A DNA stretch of 64,000 nucleotides from Candidatus Magasanikbacteria bacterium RIFCSPHIGHO2_01_FULL_33_34 (GTDB taxonomy: Bacteria; Patescibacteriota; Patescibacteriia; Magasanikbacterales; UBA922), in the NCBI GenBank assembly GCA_001782825.1, contig MFPS01000008.1:73012-137011 (forward strand). The letters run 5' to 3'. Of this stretch, positions 49,726 to 60,367 are shown piece after piece; positions within the stretch are counted from its first letter, which is position 1, and the number at the start of each line of letters is the position of its first letter. Below the pieces are notes generated by a model, which had not been told where the DNA came from, did no database searches, and saw nothing but the letters and a program-made list of their open reading frames with translations. The position numbers and the translations under genes are program-made.

Positions 49726-50805
49726 ATGGAAGAACAAAAAGAAGAAGCTTTGTCAAAAACAAATAAAAATGAACAAGTTAAATGGAAATTTTTCCTTATG
49801 GGTATTGCAGTAATTGTGGTATTAATAGGAATTTTTGGGGTGGTCTATACAGTTATAGCAGTTAGAAATCTTTCTACTTCACCAACTGTACTCAAAGTTG
49901 CAGAAGTTTTGAATTTGCCAGTTTTGCGTGTAAATGGATCAGCTATTCCATATGTTACTTATATGGATGATTTGTCAACATTAAATGAATTCTATAGTAA
50001 GGCTCCAGAAGGTGCAGTGCCACCATCAGGTGAAGCTGTATCTGATCAAGTTTTGAGTAGATTGATTGTAAATTCATTGATAAAAGATATTGCTAGAGAA
50101 AATCAATTGACTGTAACAGAAGAAGACATTCAAAAGTTGAAAGATGAAATTTTTGCTCAGTATGCCTCTGAAGCTGAGGTAGAAGTTGAATTGCAAGAAC
50201 AATATGGTTGGGATATGGCAACTTATATTGAAAAAATTATTAAACCATTGGTGACCGAACAAAAAGTTTCAGAAGCTTTTGAAGCCGGTGAAATCAATGT
50301 TGGCGACGAAGTTTATCAATTGACTGATGAAGTGAGAGCAAGTCATATATTATTTAGGACAGATGAAGAAGGTGTAGATTTGGACGATGTTAAGAAAAAT
50401 GCGGAAGAAGTATTAGCGAGAGCTAAGAGTGGGGAAGATTTTGCATCTTTGGCGACTGAATTTGGATCGGACGCAACCAAAGAGGTTGGTGGTGATCTTG
50501 GTTGGTTTGGACAAGGTATGATGGTACCAGAATTTGAAGGTCCAGCTTTTTCAACACCAGTTGGTCAAGTCAACGATCAGCTTGTAGAGACACAATTTGG
50601 TTATCATATAATCAAGGTTACAGACAAGAGAAGTGTGAGAAACTTTGGTGAGTATCTAGATAATAGAATTAATGATGCAAAAATTGAGATTCTCATTGAC
50701 AAAGTTCATGATCCATTAGAAGAATACAGAAGACTACAGGCTTTGAATAATACAACTCAAGAGAATTCAGCTCAAGATGTAATAGTTGAGGAAGTGGTTG
50801 AATAA
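49726..50805 (+). CDS. PrsA/SurA-like parvulin peptidyl-prolyl isomerase
   Basis: VRASHILF, GGDLGWF, MVPEFE and TQFGYHIIKV motifs. Confidence 0.92.
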   Translation: MEEQKEEALSKTNKNEQVKWKFFLMGIAVIVVLIGIFGVVYTVIAVRNLSTSPTVLKVAEVLNLPVLRVNGSAIPYVTYMDDLSTLNEFYSKAPEGAVPPSGEAVSDQVLSRLIVNSLIKDIARENQLTVTEEDIQKLKDEIFAQYASEAEVEVELQEQYGWDMATYIEKIIKPLVTEQKVSEAFEAGEINVGDEVYQLTDEVRASHILFRTDEEGVDLDDVKKNAEEVLARAKSGEDFASLATEFGSDATKEVGGDLGWFGQGMMVPEFEGPAFSTPVGQVNDQLVETQFGYHIIKVTDKRSVRNFGEYLDNRINDAKIEILIDKVHDPLEEYRRLQALNNTTQENSAQDVIVEEVVE

Positions 50806-50835
50806 ATTAGTTTATATAATTTATAATTAATCTTT

Positions 50836-51063
50836 ATGCCTGAAGTAGATAGTAATATAAAGCAAGAAGTAGTTTTGGATAATGTAATTATTGAAGAAAT
50901 TAAAAAAAGAGAAGAAGAGGAAAAAAGAAGAAAAGGAGAAATACAACCAACTGTACCAGCTGATGATCCACGTGATATACCGCCATCTGAAAGAAAAAAA
51001 GATGATGATAAAAAGCCAAACGATGATGATAAAGATAGGGGTGTTTGGGAGACTGATATATAG
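50836..51063 (+). CDS. Small charged hypothetical protein
   Basis: 75-aa ORF in operon position. Confidence 0.6.
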   Translation: MPEVDSNIKQEVVLDNVIIEEIKKREEEEKRRKGEIQPTVPADDPRDIPPSERKKDDDKKPNDDDKDRGVWETDI

Positions 51064-51120
51064 TAGTAATTAAAATTATTTACAAATAAACACAATCCTA
51101 TAAAAGGATTGTGTTTATTT

Positions 51121-51193
51121 GCCCTCTTAGCTCAGTTGGCAGAGCAACACATTCGTAACGTGTAGGTCACCAGTTCGATTCTGGTAGAGGGCT
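51121..51193 (+). tRNA. trnT: tRNA-Thr(CGT)
   Basis: GCCCTCT...ACACA-TT-CGT-AA-CGTGT...ACCAG-TTCGATT-CTGGT-AGAGGGC-T. Confidence 0.92.
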
Positions 51194-51265
51194 CAACTAT
51201 ACAAAAATAATATTTTTTGTTTTCAAATAATATGTTATAATATATAACATATTATATATTCAATT

Positions 51266-51946
51266 ATGATTAATCTTGAGGGAGTTTCAAAAAGATACAA
51301 CAAACAAAGCATAGCACTGGATGATATCCATTTGAATGTTGAACCTGGTGAGTTTGTTTCTGTTGTGGGACAGAGTGGTTCTGGAAAAACAACTTTGGTG
51401 AAGCTTATTATTGCAGAAGAACGGGCTAGTAGTGGAAAAGTGGCGGTAGGCGATTGGGATATTACTCGTATACCTGATAGGCATATACCATTACTTCGTC
51501 GTCAAATTGGCGTTATTTTTCAGGATTTCAAATTACTCAACAAAAAAACCATTTACGAAAATGTAGCTTTTGCTTTGCAAGTCTCTGGAGAATCAGGTTC
51601 ACGTATTCGTACTGTTATTCCGCGTTTATTGGAGATTGTTGGTTTACCACATAAAATTCATGCTTATCCTCATGAGTTGTCTGGTGGAGAACAACAGAGA
51701 GTAGCTATTGCTCGCGCGCTTGTGCATAGACCAAAGATATTGGTGGCAGATGAACCAACTGGAAATCTGGATACCATTAATACACAAGATATAATGGAAA
51801 TTTTAAAAAAAATAAATGAATTTGGAACTACAGTCGTATTAGTAACTCACAATCGTGAAATTGTAAACCAACTTCGCAAAAGAGTGGTTACTTTGGATCA
51901 CGGCAAATTAGTTTCAGATGAACAAATAGGAAAATATAGATTATAA
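51266..51946 (+). CDS. ftsE: Cell division ATP-binding protein FtsE
   Basis: GQSGSGKT, LRRQIGVIFQDFKLL and LSGGEQQR motifs. Confidence 0.94.
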   Translation: MINLEGVSKRYNKQSIALDDIHLNVEPGEFVSVVGQSGSGKTTLVKLIIAEERASSGKVAVGDWDITRIPDRHIPLLRRQIGVIFQDFKLLNKKTIYENVAFALQVSGESGSRIRTVIPRLLEIVGLPHKIHAYPHELSGGEQQRVAIARALVHRPKILVADEPTGNLDTINTQDIMEILKKINEFGTTVVLVTHNREIVNQLRKRVVTLDHGKLVSDEQIGKYRL

Positions 51947-51955
51947 TATTTTATT

Positions 51956-52864
51956 ATGAGATCATTTTTTAGAGCCATAAAATTCGCGTTTCAAGATATT
52001 TTTCGCAATATTAGTCTTTCTTTAATGACAGTACTTATTTTGGTTTTGATGTTGTTATCTGTCAATACTTTGATTATTATCAAATTTTTTACTTCACAAG
52101 CTACACAATCAGTCAAAGATCAAATTGATGTCAGTATTTTCTTTGCGCATACTGCATCAGACGAAGAAATTGATGAAGTACAGAGTTATATAAAATCATT
52201 TCCTGAAGTTAGTAATGTTGAATATTTTAGCAAAGATCAAGTATTGGAAGATTTCAAAGCAAAATATTCTGACAATGAAAATATTATAGCTTCTATTGAA
52301 GAATTGGATGAAAATCCACTTGGACCAACTATGATTGTCAAAACTAGAAATCCAGGTGATTATAATAAACTTATTACTGCACTTAGTGTACCTGAATACC
52401 AAGATATTGTGGTTGCAAAAACTTTTGTAGATACTGAATTGGCGATTGAGAGAATAGACAATATCACCACTCAAGTTGAAAGGTTTAGTGTCATATTGAC
52501 TGGATTGTTTGGTGTAATTGCATTTTTGATTATTTTCAATACCATCAGGGTAGCTATATACACCCAAAGAATTGAAATTACTATCAAAAAATTGGTTGGG
52601 GCTACAAATTGGTTTATCCGTAGTCCATATATCATAGAATCATTTATTTTTACGGTGTTTAGTGTGGGTATTACATATTTCTTGATGAAATTTGCGGCTG
52701 GCCTTATAGATCCGTATGTAGCCGTGGTTTTCAAGAAAGAATGGCTATTGACAGATTACCTAACTTCCAATATAATTGTCCTCGTAGGTAGCCAATTTTT
52801 AGCAGTTTTGTTGTTAACAATTTTCTCTAGTTTTCTCGCAATGAGAAGACATTTGAAAGCCTAA
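51956..52864 (+). CDS. ftsX: Cell division permease FtsX
   Basis: NTIRVAIYT..EITIKKLVGAT..FIRSPY; follows ftsE. Confidence 0.93.
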   Translation: MRSFFRAIKFAFQDIFRNISLSLMTVLILVLMLLSVNTLIIIKFFTSQATQSVKDQIDVSIFFAHTASDEEIDEVQSYIKSFPEVSNVEYFSKDQVLEDFKAKYSDNENIIASIEELDENPLGPTMIVKTRNPGDYNKLITALSVPEYQDIVVAKTFVDTELAIERIDNITTQVERFSVILTGLFGVIAFLIIFNTIRVAIYTQRIEITIKKLVGATNWFIRSPYIIESFIFTVFSVGITYFLMKFAAGLIDPYVAVVFKKEWLLTDYLTSNIIVLVGSQFLAVLLLTIFSSFLAMRRHLKA

Positions 52865-52865
52865 A

Positions 52866-52948
52866 ATAGCAGAATAGGCAGAGTAAGCGGATTAAGCAAG
52901 GTAAGTATTTACTTATTTTGTCTATTCTGCTTACTCTGCTTAATTTGC
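52866..52948. repeat. Degenerate 9-mer (TAAGCAGAG-like) tandem array forming an inverted repeat
   Basis: GCAGAATAGGCAGAGTAAGCGGATTAAGC ... TCTATTCTGCTTACTCTGCTTAATTTGC; related arrays at 63451 and 63727. Confidence 0.7.
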
Positions 52949-52955
52949 CACACAG

Positions 52956-53026
52956 TCGGGGATCGTCTAACGGTAGGACTCTAGGTTTTGGTCCTAGGTA
53001 TCCAGGTTCGAATCCTGGTCCCCGAG
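52956..53026 (+). tRNA. trnQ: tRNA-Gln(TTG)
   Basis: TCGGGGA...CTAGG-TT-TTG-GT-CCTAG...CCAGG-TTCGAAT-CCTGG-TCCCCGA-G. Confidence 0.95.
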
Positions 53027-53128
53027 CAACAAAAAAGATCCATATGGATCTTTTTTGAGTTATTAAATAGTGTATATAATTAAATTTTTTTTAAAAAAAT
53101 GTTATAATATATTTATAATTTGAAATTT

Positions 53129-53377
53129 ATGACAAAAAAGATTGCTAATGGTGTAGTACACAAAGTTCCAATTGATTTGCGAAAAGCATTGGTTTCTGAT
53201 ATTGATTTGCTTGAAAAATGGAATGATTTGACGCAATTGGCGCGTAATGAGTGGATATGCTGGACTATATCGGTCAAAAAAATAGAAACCAGAGTTAAAC
53301 ATATTGATAGACTTTGTTTTGAAGTAAATAAAGGTAAGCGTAGACCATGTTGTTGGCCTGGTTGTAATCATCGTTAA
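53129..53377 (+). CDS. YdeI/OmpD-associated family protein
   Basis: VPIDLRKAL..WNDLTQLARNEWICW..GKRRPCCWPGC. Confidence 0.85.
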   Translation: MTKKIANGVVHKVPIDLRKALVSDIDLLEKWNDLTQLARNEWICWTISVKKIETRVKHIDRLCFEVNKGKRRPCCWPGCNHR

Positions 53378-53648
53378 AATATTTTATATTATAGTATATT
53401 TGATAATTCATACAAAAATACAATGAAAATTATAAAAGACAATTGAAATGTTGATTATAATCATGGTGGTTATGAATTTATTATACTTAATAAGTTGATT
53501 GTCCACAATTAAAAGAGTACCATTTTTGGTATTTTTTATTAGTATTTAATATTTTTGGCAAAATATAGCCAAATTTATATATATTTCATCTTGACAAAAA
53601 CGCAAATTTGTGCTATTATGCGAGATCATAAAGTATTAACTAATATAT

Positions 53649-55397
53649 ATGTTTTTTAGAAGAAAATCGTTTTATATCAAGTATAAAAAAGTTTTAATTG
53701 TAGTGGGTATAATATTGGTTGTAGTGGTAGTTGGTTTCCGTAATTTTAGTCAAAAAAATGATAAAAAATCAGTAGAAGAAACTAATCAGTCAGTTAGTTT
53801 GATTTCTTTGCAAGAATATAAGCAAAATAGTGCTGTAGTAAAAGGTACTGGAGAAGTGGAAGCAGTTGATCAAGTTGAATTGAAAAGTGAAGTTTCAGCT
53901 ACAGTCAGTAGTGTGCTTGTCTCTATTGGGGACAAAGTAGTTGCTGGTCAGCCACTTGTTTATTTTAAAAATGGTGAGTTAGCTTCTCAATACGAACAAG
54001 CAAAAGCTGATTTAGAAAGAGCAAAAGTTAGCAAAGAGCAACTTGAATTTCAATACCAAATGGCGATGTCGTCTCAGTCTAGGACTGAATCAAATGCTTT
54101 GAGTGCAATTACATCTGCGCAGGCTGCTTATGATTTGGCTGAAAATAATTTACAATTAAATTCAACAGAAAGTTCAAGTAAGATAGTAAAAAAATCATAT
54201 GATACTGTTGTACCAATAATAAAAACATTTTATAGTACTTTGCGCACTTCATTGTTGGATGCTGATTCAATATTAGGTATAAAAGTTGTTTCGGCTAATG
54301 ATAAATACAAAAATAAAATTTCACTCAATGATGTTGGTGCTTTGAATATTGCTGATTCACAATTCAAAAGAGCTTCTGTAAAAATAGATGATATATATGA
54401 TTTGATTACAAATCTTTCTATAGATTCAAATCAAGTAGAAATTGATAATGCTATTATGGGAATAAATGATGCTCTGGGTAGTATAGATATTCTTTGGGAT
54501 AATTTAGATGTAGTTTTGAGCAACTCTACAGGATCAGATATATTTGATTCATTGAAAGTAGTGGTAGATGCAGGTAACAATGATGTAGTGAATGTTTCAA
54601 CTGGGCTGGTAAATGTAAGACAAACTCTTGATAATGCAAAATCAAGTTTAACTGGGGTTGAAATTACATATAATAAAGCAATTGAAGATTTGAAAGAAAC
54701 AAAAATACGTGCTGAAGCTGATGTAAATTCATCTCTTGCACAATTGAATCAAGCAGAGACAGCTATTCGTATGCAAGATACTGCTATTGCACGAGCTCAG
54801 GCTGTTGTAAATGGTATTGGTTCATCTCTTTTAAAAACAACGATTAAAAGTCCTATTTCAGGAACGGTTGCTGTGCTTCCAGCTAAAGCAGGAGAATTAA
54901 TAACACCAGGGAGTTTGGTTGCGTCTATTGTGAATGTTAGTGGATTACAGATTAGGTCTTTTGTGGATAGCAGTGATGTTAGCAAAGTTTCAGTAAATGC
55001 GCCGGTTGTTATAGCTGGTAATATTAAAGGCGTGGTTACAAATGTTGCTCCTAGTATTGATCCTAAAACAAGAAAAGTAGAAGTATTGGTTGCTGTTTCT
55101 GAGCCAGAGCTATCAAAATTTGTAGTTGGTCAATATGTTGATATTGACATAGAAGAAATTACAAAAGAAGAAGATAATAATATAATTAGATTGCCATTGA
55201 AGAGTATTGATGTGACAGACAATGGTGCTTTTGTGTTTGGATTGAATAATGAAAATATAGTTGAAAAACATGAAGTAGTACTTAGTCGTGTGATAGGCAC
55301 TGATGTTGAAGTGATTTCTGGATTGGAAAATATTGAGACGATTATAAAATCTGTTCGTGGTATAAAAGAAGGGGATAAAGTGGATATAATAAAATAA
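53649..55397 (+). CDS. RND/HlyD-type membrane fusion adaptor with very long coiled coil
   Basis: Split lipoyl halves (VSIGDKVVAGQPL / IKSPISGTV), IDPKTRK, long helical insert. Confidence 0.9.
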   Translation: MFFRRKSFYIKYKKVLIVVGIILVVVVVGFRNFSQKNDKKSVEETNQSVSLISLQEYKQNSAVVKGTGEVEAVDQVELKSEVSATVSSVLVSIGDKVVAGQPLVYFKNGELASQYEQAKADLERAKVSKEQLEFQYQMAMSSQSRTESNALSAITSAQAAYDLAENNLQLNSTESSSKIVKKSYDTVVPIIKTFYSTLRTSLLDADSILGIKVVSANDKYKNKISLNDVGALNIADSQFKRASVKIDDIYDLITNLSIDSNQVEIDNAIMGINDALGSIDILWDNLDVVLSNSTGSDIFDSLKVVVDAGNNDVVNVSTGLVNVRQTLDNAKSSLTGVEITYNKAIEDLKETKIRAEADVNSSLAQLNQAETAIRMQDTAIARAQAVVNGIGSSLLKTTIKSPISGTVAVLPAKAGELITPGSLVASIVNVSGLQIRSFVDSSDVSKVSVNAPVVIAGNIKGVVTNVAPSIDPKTRKVEVLVAVSEPELSKFVVGQYVDIDIEEITKEEDNNIIRLPLKSIDVTDNGAFVFGLNNENIVEKHEVVLSRVIGTDVEVISGLENIETIIKSVRGIKEGDKVDIIK

Positions 55398-55399
55398 TT

Positions 55400-58300
55400 A
55401 TGCCAAAAGACAAAACATTTTGGTCATTTTTCATTGACAATGCAAAATTTACTATTCTGATTATAATTGCCTTGGTTGGTTTTGGTATTATTTCTGCTGT
55501 TGAACTTCCTAAAGAATCTGATCCAGAAGTGAATATTCCAATTGTAGTTATTTCTGTAGGTTTTCCTGGTGCTGGAGTAGAGGAGGTTGAAGAATTGATT
55601 ACAAATAAAATAGAAAATAAACTTTCTGGTTTGACAGATGTAGATGTGATGAGATCAACCTCAATAGCAGGGAATTCAAGTACAGTAATTGAGTTTGATC
55701 CAAAAGCCGATGCTGATAAATTGATTGATGAAATCAAAGAAAAGGTTGATCAGTTGAAACCAAATTTGCCAGATGATGCGACTGATCCATATATCGCCCA
55801 AGCAAGTACATCCAATCAACCTTTTTTGATATTGTCTTTGGGTGGGCCATATGAAACTGCGCAATTAAAAGCTTATGCGGTAGAGTTAGAAAATAAGATT
55901 GAGAAGATTAATGGAGTAAGTGATGTGACAGTAACTGGAGGAAAAGATAGAGAAATTCAAGTGATTGTAGATAAAGCCAAATTAAATACATTTGGATTAC
56001 CATTGTCTAATATAACTTATGCAATTAGTTCAGCTAATAATGATATACCAATTGGTTCAATTCAAACCGCAGGTGAAGAATATCGTTTGAGATTTGCTGG
56101 ACGATTGAGTAATGCAGAAGAAATTTCAACTGTGCCGGTTGGTGTGGTTGGAGGTGTTCCGGTTTTGGTGCGTGATATTGCTGAAGTTCGTGATACATTT
56201 TCTAATCCATCTAGTTATTCATATTTGAGTAAAGCTGGTGGAAAGGCTAATCCGGCAGTTACATTGAGTATTTTAAAAACTCAAGGTGGTGATATAACAA
56301 AAATTTCTGATGAAATTATTGTTGTGGCAAATAAAATAGTAAAAGAAAATTTTCCAGAAAATATCACAGTTGAGCCAATTCAAGATACAGCTGAATATAT
56401 TCGCGAAGATCTTGGTAATCTCACAAAAAATGGAATTGCGACAGTTGTCATAGTTACCTTATTATTAATACTTTTTATTGGTTGGAAAGAAGCGTTGATG
56501 GCTGGTTTTTCTATTCCATTGGCATTTTTGATGACTTTTATTGGTTTGTTGATATTTGGTTTTACAATCAATTTTATTACATTATTTTCATTAATTTTGG
56601 CATTGGGTATTTTGGTGGATAGTACAATTGTGATTAATCAAGGACTAAATAAGCATAGACGACTTGGAAAAACTTCTAGACAATCAGCCATAGATACGAT
56701 AAAAGAATTTCAATACCCACTTATATCAGGGACTTTGACAACAGTGTTTGCATTTATACCAATGCTTTTGACTGGTGGAATTATGGGTGAATATATAAAA
56801 ACAATCCCAGTAACAGTTTCACTTGTACTGGTATCTTCTTTATTTATTGCGCTTGCTATTGTACCGACTCTTAGTGTTATTTTTTTCAAAAAGAATGATA
56901 TAGTAAATGGTCAGGTTGAATTCAGTGTGTCAAAATTTGAAAAATATTTTCAAACTTTGCGTTTATGGTATGCAAAGCAATTAAAAAATATATTAGAAAA
57001 TAAATTAACTAGAAAAAAAATAAAAAGAATATTAATAGTAGCAATTATTTTTGCGTATGCTTTACCAATAACAGGTTTGTTGAAAGTTGAGATGTTTCCA
57101 GCTAGCGATATTGATTTTTTTACAATTAATTTAGAGAAGCCTTTTGGAACTCCGCTTGAAGAAACTAGAGATTCTTTGATATTGCTTGCAGAAGATTTAT
57201 ATGATGATAATAGAATTGATAATTTTATTATTGGTGTGGGCTCAACTATGAGTTATGATATGGCTGGTGGATCAAATGGTTCACATTTGGGATATGTTTT
57301 AATAAATTTAAAAAAAGAAAATAAAGAAAAAAGTTATAAAGTGGTTGATGGCTATGCAGATTATTTCAAGAATTTTTCTGAAGGTAAAGTGAGTGTATCA
57401 CAACCAAGTTCTGGACCACCTGGATCTGCACCAGTGGAAATAAAAATTATTGGTGAAGATATGTATGAGCTTGATCGTATTGCGCATGATTTTGAAAATC
57501 TTCTTGGTAGTATTGATGGAACAAGAAATATAGGTAATTCTGTAATTCAGACAAATGGTCAGTTCGTGGTAGAAGTTGATAGAATACGCGCGCAACAATA
57601 TGGTGTAAATGCAACTCAACTGGCTTTGGAGCTTCGTAATGCGATTAATGGAACACAGGCAACAGAGATTAGTCAAGCAGGTGAGGATGTAGATGTCATT
57701 GTAAAATATGATTTGAGTCATGGTGGAGAAATGAATACAACTATCACAGATATTTCTACTATTGAAGCTTTGAGTATTGCAACACCTACTGGGGACATAC
57801 CAGTAAGTAGCTTGGCAAAATTTAGCTTAGAAAACAGTAGGGCAAGTATTGCTCATGAAAATGGTGAGAGAATTGTAAAAGTATCTAGTCAATTAGAGAC
57901 TAATATTAGTCCATTAGATGTAATCTCTAAAGTTAAGTTATTGATGGAAGATAAAATTGATATACCGGATGAATATTATATTTCATTTGGTGGTGAAAAT
58001 GAGGATGTACAGGAATCATTTTCAGATATGTTGCGTGCTATGATTTTATCTATAATTTTGATTGCTGGACTTATGGTTTTGCAATTCAAGTCATTCCGCC
58101 AATCGCTTTTGATTGTAGTTACTATTCCATTTTCTCTAGTGGGTGTTTTTCCTGGACTTCTTTTGATGGGTCAATCTATTAGTTTTCCAGGTGTGATCGG
58201 GATTGTTGCATTAGTCGGGATTGTGGTGAATAATGCAATTATTTTGATAGATAGAATTAATAATAATGTATACGAAGGTATGGATATTGATTCAGCAATT

Positions 58301-58513
58301 ATTGATGCTGGTGTTTCTAGAATTGATCCTATTATACTTACAACTATTACTACGGTATTTGGAATTTTGCCATTGGCCATAAGTCAACCTATATGGGCTT
58401 CTCTTGGTTATGCAATTATTTATGGATTGTTGTTTTCAACTGTAATCACATTGGTCGTAATACCGATGATTTATGCTAGAATGTATAGAGTATCCAAACA
58501 AAATAACGAGTAA
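55400..58513 (+). CDS. RND (AcrB-family) efflux permease
   Basis: 1037 aa; LGILVD, GIVVNNAIILID and RIDPIILTT motifs. Confidence 0.95.
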   Translation: MPKDKTFWSFFIDNAKFTILIIIALVGFGIISAVELPKESDPEVNIPIVVISVGFPGAGVEEVEELITNKIENKLSGLTDVDVMRSTSIAGNSSTVIEFDPKADADKLIDEIKEKVDQLKPNLPDDATDPYIAQASTSNQPFLILSLGGPYETAQLKAYAVELENKIEKINGVSDVTVTGGKDREIQVIVDKAKLNTFGLPLSNITYAISSANNDIPIGSIQTAGEEYRLRFAGRLSNAEEISTVPVGVVGGVPVLVRDIAEVRDTFSNPSSYSYLSKAGGKANPAVTLSILKTQGGDITKISDEIIVVANKIVKENFPENITVEPIQDTAEYIREDLGNLTKNGIATVVIVTLLLILFIGWKEALMAGFSIPLAFLMTFIGLLIFGFTINFITLFSLILALGILVDSTIVINQGLNKHRRLGKTSRQSAIDTIKEFQYPLISGTLTTVFAFIPMLLTGGIMGEYIKTIPVTVSLVLVSSLFIALAIVPTLSVIFFKKNDIVNGQVEFSVSKFEKYFQTLRLWYAKQLKNILENKLTRKKIKRILIVAIIFAYALPITGLLKVEMFPASDIDFFTINLEKPFGTPLEETRDSLILLAEDLYDDNRIDNFIIGVGSTMSYDMAGGSNGSHLGYVLINLKKENKEKSYKVVDGYADYFKNFSEGKVSVSQPSSGPPGSAPVEIKIIGEDMYELDRIAHDFENLLGSIDGTRNIGNSVIQTNGQFVVEVDRIRAQQYGVNATQLALELRNAINGTQATEISQAGEDVDVIVKYDLSHGGEMNTTITDISTIEALSIATPTGDIPVSSLAKFSLENSRASIAHENGERIVKVSSQLETNISPLDVISKVKLLMEDKIDIPDEYYISFGGENEDVQESFSDMLRAMILSIILIAGLMVLQFKSFRQSLLIVVTIPFSLVGVFPGLLLMGQSISFPGVIGIVALVGIVVNNAIILIDRINNNVYEGMDIDSAIIDAGVSRIDPIILTTITTVFGILPLAISQPIWASLGYAIIYGLLFSTVITLVVIPMIYARMYRVSKQNNE

Positions 58514-58634
58514 AAACTCGTTTTTTTGTTAGATTTTATATAAAAAACCTAACTATAAATTAGTTTACTTATTGACTTGATGGAATTTTTCTTGTATATT
58601 GTATTTTACAAAATATTCAATGGAGGAAAAGGCA

Positions 58635-58910
58635 ATGAAAAACGGTAAATGGACACTTTTTCGTGTACATTATTCTGCTTGTAAATCTGTGGTTAAATCT
58701 GATACGTATGAGTTTTCTAGCTTGGTTGAACTTGGTATCTTCCTTGGTCATTCTTTTGCTAGGGATCTAGTAAGAGGTGTAGTGAGTGCATTTGTTGGAC
58801 TGAAGGTAGATATTGATGGAGTAATTTATGTCGCTGATATTAGTGAACATGGTGGTGTGATTAATAAAAAGCCAATAACTGAACATAAAAAGTTACCTCA
58901 TACTTATTGA
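58635..58910 (+). CDS. Orphan hypothetical protein
   Basis: TTGACT-17-TATATT promoter and GGAGG SD before ATG 58635. Confidence 0.65.
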   Translation: MKNGKWTLFRVHYSACKSVVKSDTYEFSSLVELGIFLGHSFARDLVRGVVSAFVGLKVDIDGVIYVADISEHGGVINKKPITEHKKLPHTY

Positions 58911-59026
58911 GATAGCAAACCTAGCCCTCCGGTGGATTGAGTAATACCCTGACATTTTTTTGTGATAGTCGCACCGAATTGTCGGGGACTATAAAAAACA
59001 ACCCAATTATGGGTTGTTTTTTTATT

Positions 59027-60364
59027 TTATTCAATTATAAATTGGCCACGAACCATTCCCATCCCGCAGCTAAATCCATAAGTTCCTGGAGATGGGGGAG
59101 TAAATTCAATGGTATTTAATCCATAATTTATTTTTTTTCTTATATTAAATGATGGTGAAATAATTTCGCTTGTACAACCGGTAATTTCTACTCCATTTAT
59201 TTCCCATTGTACTGGAATACCAGCTTTGAGTTTGAAGACATTTGGTGTAAATCCAGAGTAATCAACTGTCATTTGTATGACTTGAATATTATTTTTTGTC
59301 TCAGTAGTTCCAATATCTTTTTTATCAAAAAATCCTGTATTTATTCCCGCTAATGCTAATCCGCTTGATAAAGTATATAAAGAAAAGAAAATAACTAAAA
59401 AACCAATGGTTTTGGTAAGAACAATATTTTTTTTATTTTTAAACTTGGTGGTGGCCATACCAAGTCCAAGTAAAATAGGCATGGTGCCAAGTCCAAATAA
59501 AAGCATAGTTATACCACCGATCCAAAAACTTCCAGAAGAAACTGCGAATAATTGCATACTTTGCGTAAAACCACAAGGAAGGAAAAAAGTAAAGGCGCCT
59601 AAAATAATTGGAGCAAGCGCATGTTCTGATGTTTTTAATTTGTTCCATGTTTTTATGCTGTTTTTTGGTAAATTTATACCAAGGTTTGATATGGAAGGGA
59701 CAAAACCCAAAATATTCAAACCAAGCCAACCTAAAACAATGGCAATTATAATTGTAAAAACAGACATAAATGAGGTGGATAGTGTGAACCAACTACCAAT
59801 ATATCCGAGTAGTCCGCCAAGAAGGAAAAATGAACTAAGACGACCAGCATGGAATAATAAATGAGGTTTTAAATTTCTATTGAAAAAAGTTCCTTGCGCT
59901 TCATATTTGGCTGCAAAAGACATTACTACCGCTCCAACTACCGCTAGGCAAGTAGACATGGACGCAACTATTCCAATTAAAAATGCAACACTGTAGGTAA
60001 TATTGCTAGCATCAAAATTAAGTAGATCAATTACTCCAATCCAGCGTAAATAAATATATACTATATATATACTAAATAAAATTATTAATGAATAAAGCCA
60101 TTGGGTTGTTGTAGCTTTTTTGGAGTTGATTGATTTGGAAATAGGGGATAGTTCAGCGCCATAACCTAGGCTTCTTATTTTTTTAAGAATTTCATCAATT
60201 TCCAAGTCTGCATCTGAAACCAATTCAGCTATTTGTTTTTTTTTACAAACAGTTACTTTTTCTATTTTTTCTATCTCGTTTAATTCATTGGTGATCATCA
60301 CTTCACAAGATGTACAAGTGAGACCACTTAAATATATTTTGATATTTTTTTGATTATTTTTCAT
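59027..60364 (-). CDS. HMA + DsbD_2/TauE-like membrane domain + cupredoxin-like fusion (copper/metal homeostasis)
   Basis: GLTCTSC, STCLAVVG, FFLPCGFTQ and FSCGMGMVRG motifs. Confidence 0.9.
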   Translation of the reverse strand: MKNNQKNIKIYLSGLTCTSCEVMITNELNEIEKIEKVTVCKKKQIAELVSDADLEIDEILKKIRSLGYGAELSPISKSINSKKATTTQWLYSLIILFSIYIVYIYLRWIGVIDLLNFDASNITYSVAFLIGIVASMSTCLAVVGAVVMSFAAKYEAQGTFFNRNLKPHLLFHAGRLSSFFLLGGLLGYIGSWFTLSTSFMSVFTIIIAIVLGWLGLNILGFVPSISNLGINLPKNSIKTWNKLKTSEHALAPIILGAFTFFLPCGFTQSMQLFAVSSGSFWIGGITMLLFGLGTMPILLGLGMATTKFKNKKNIVLTKTIGFLVIFFSLYTLSSGLALAGINTGFFDKKDIGTTETKNNIQVIQMTVDYSGFTPNVFKLKAGIPVQWEINGVEITGCTSEIISPSFNIRKKINYGLNTIEFTPPSPGTYGFSCGMGMVRGQFIIE

Positions 60365-60367
60365 AAG

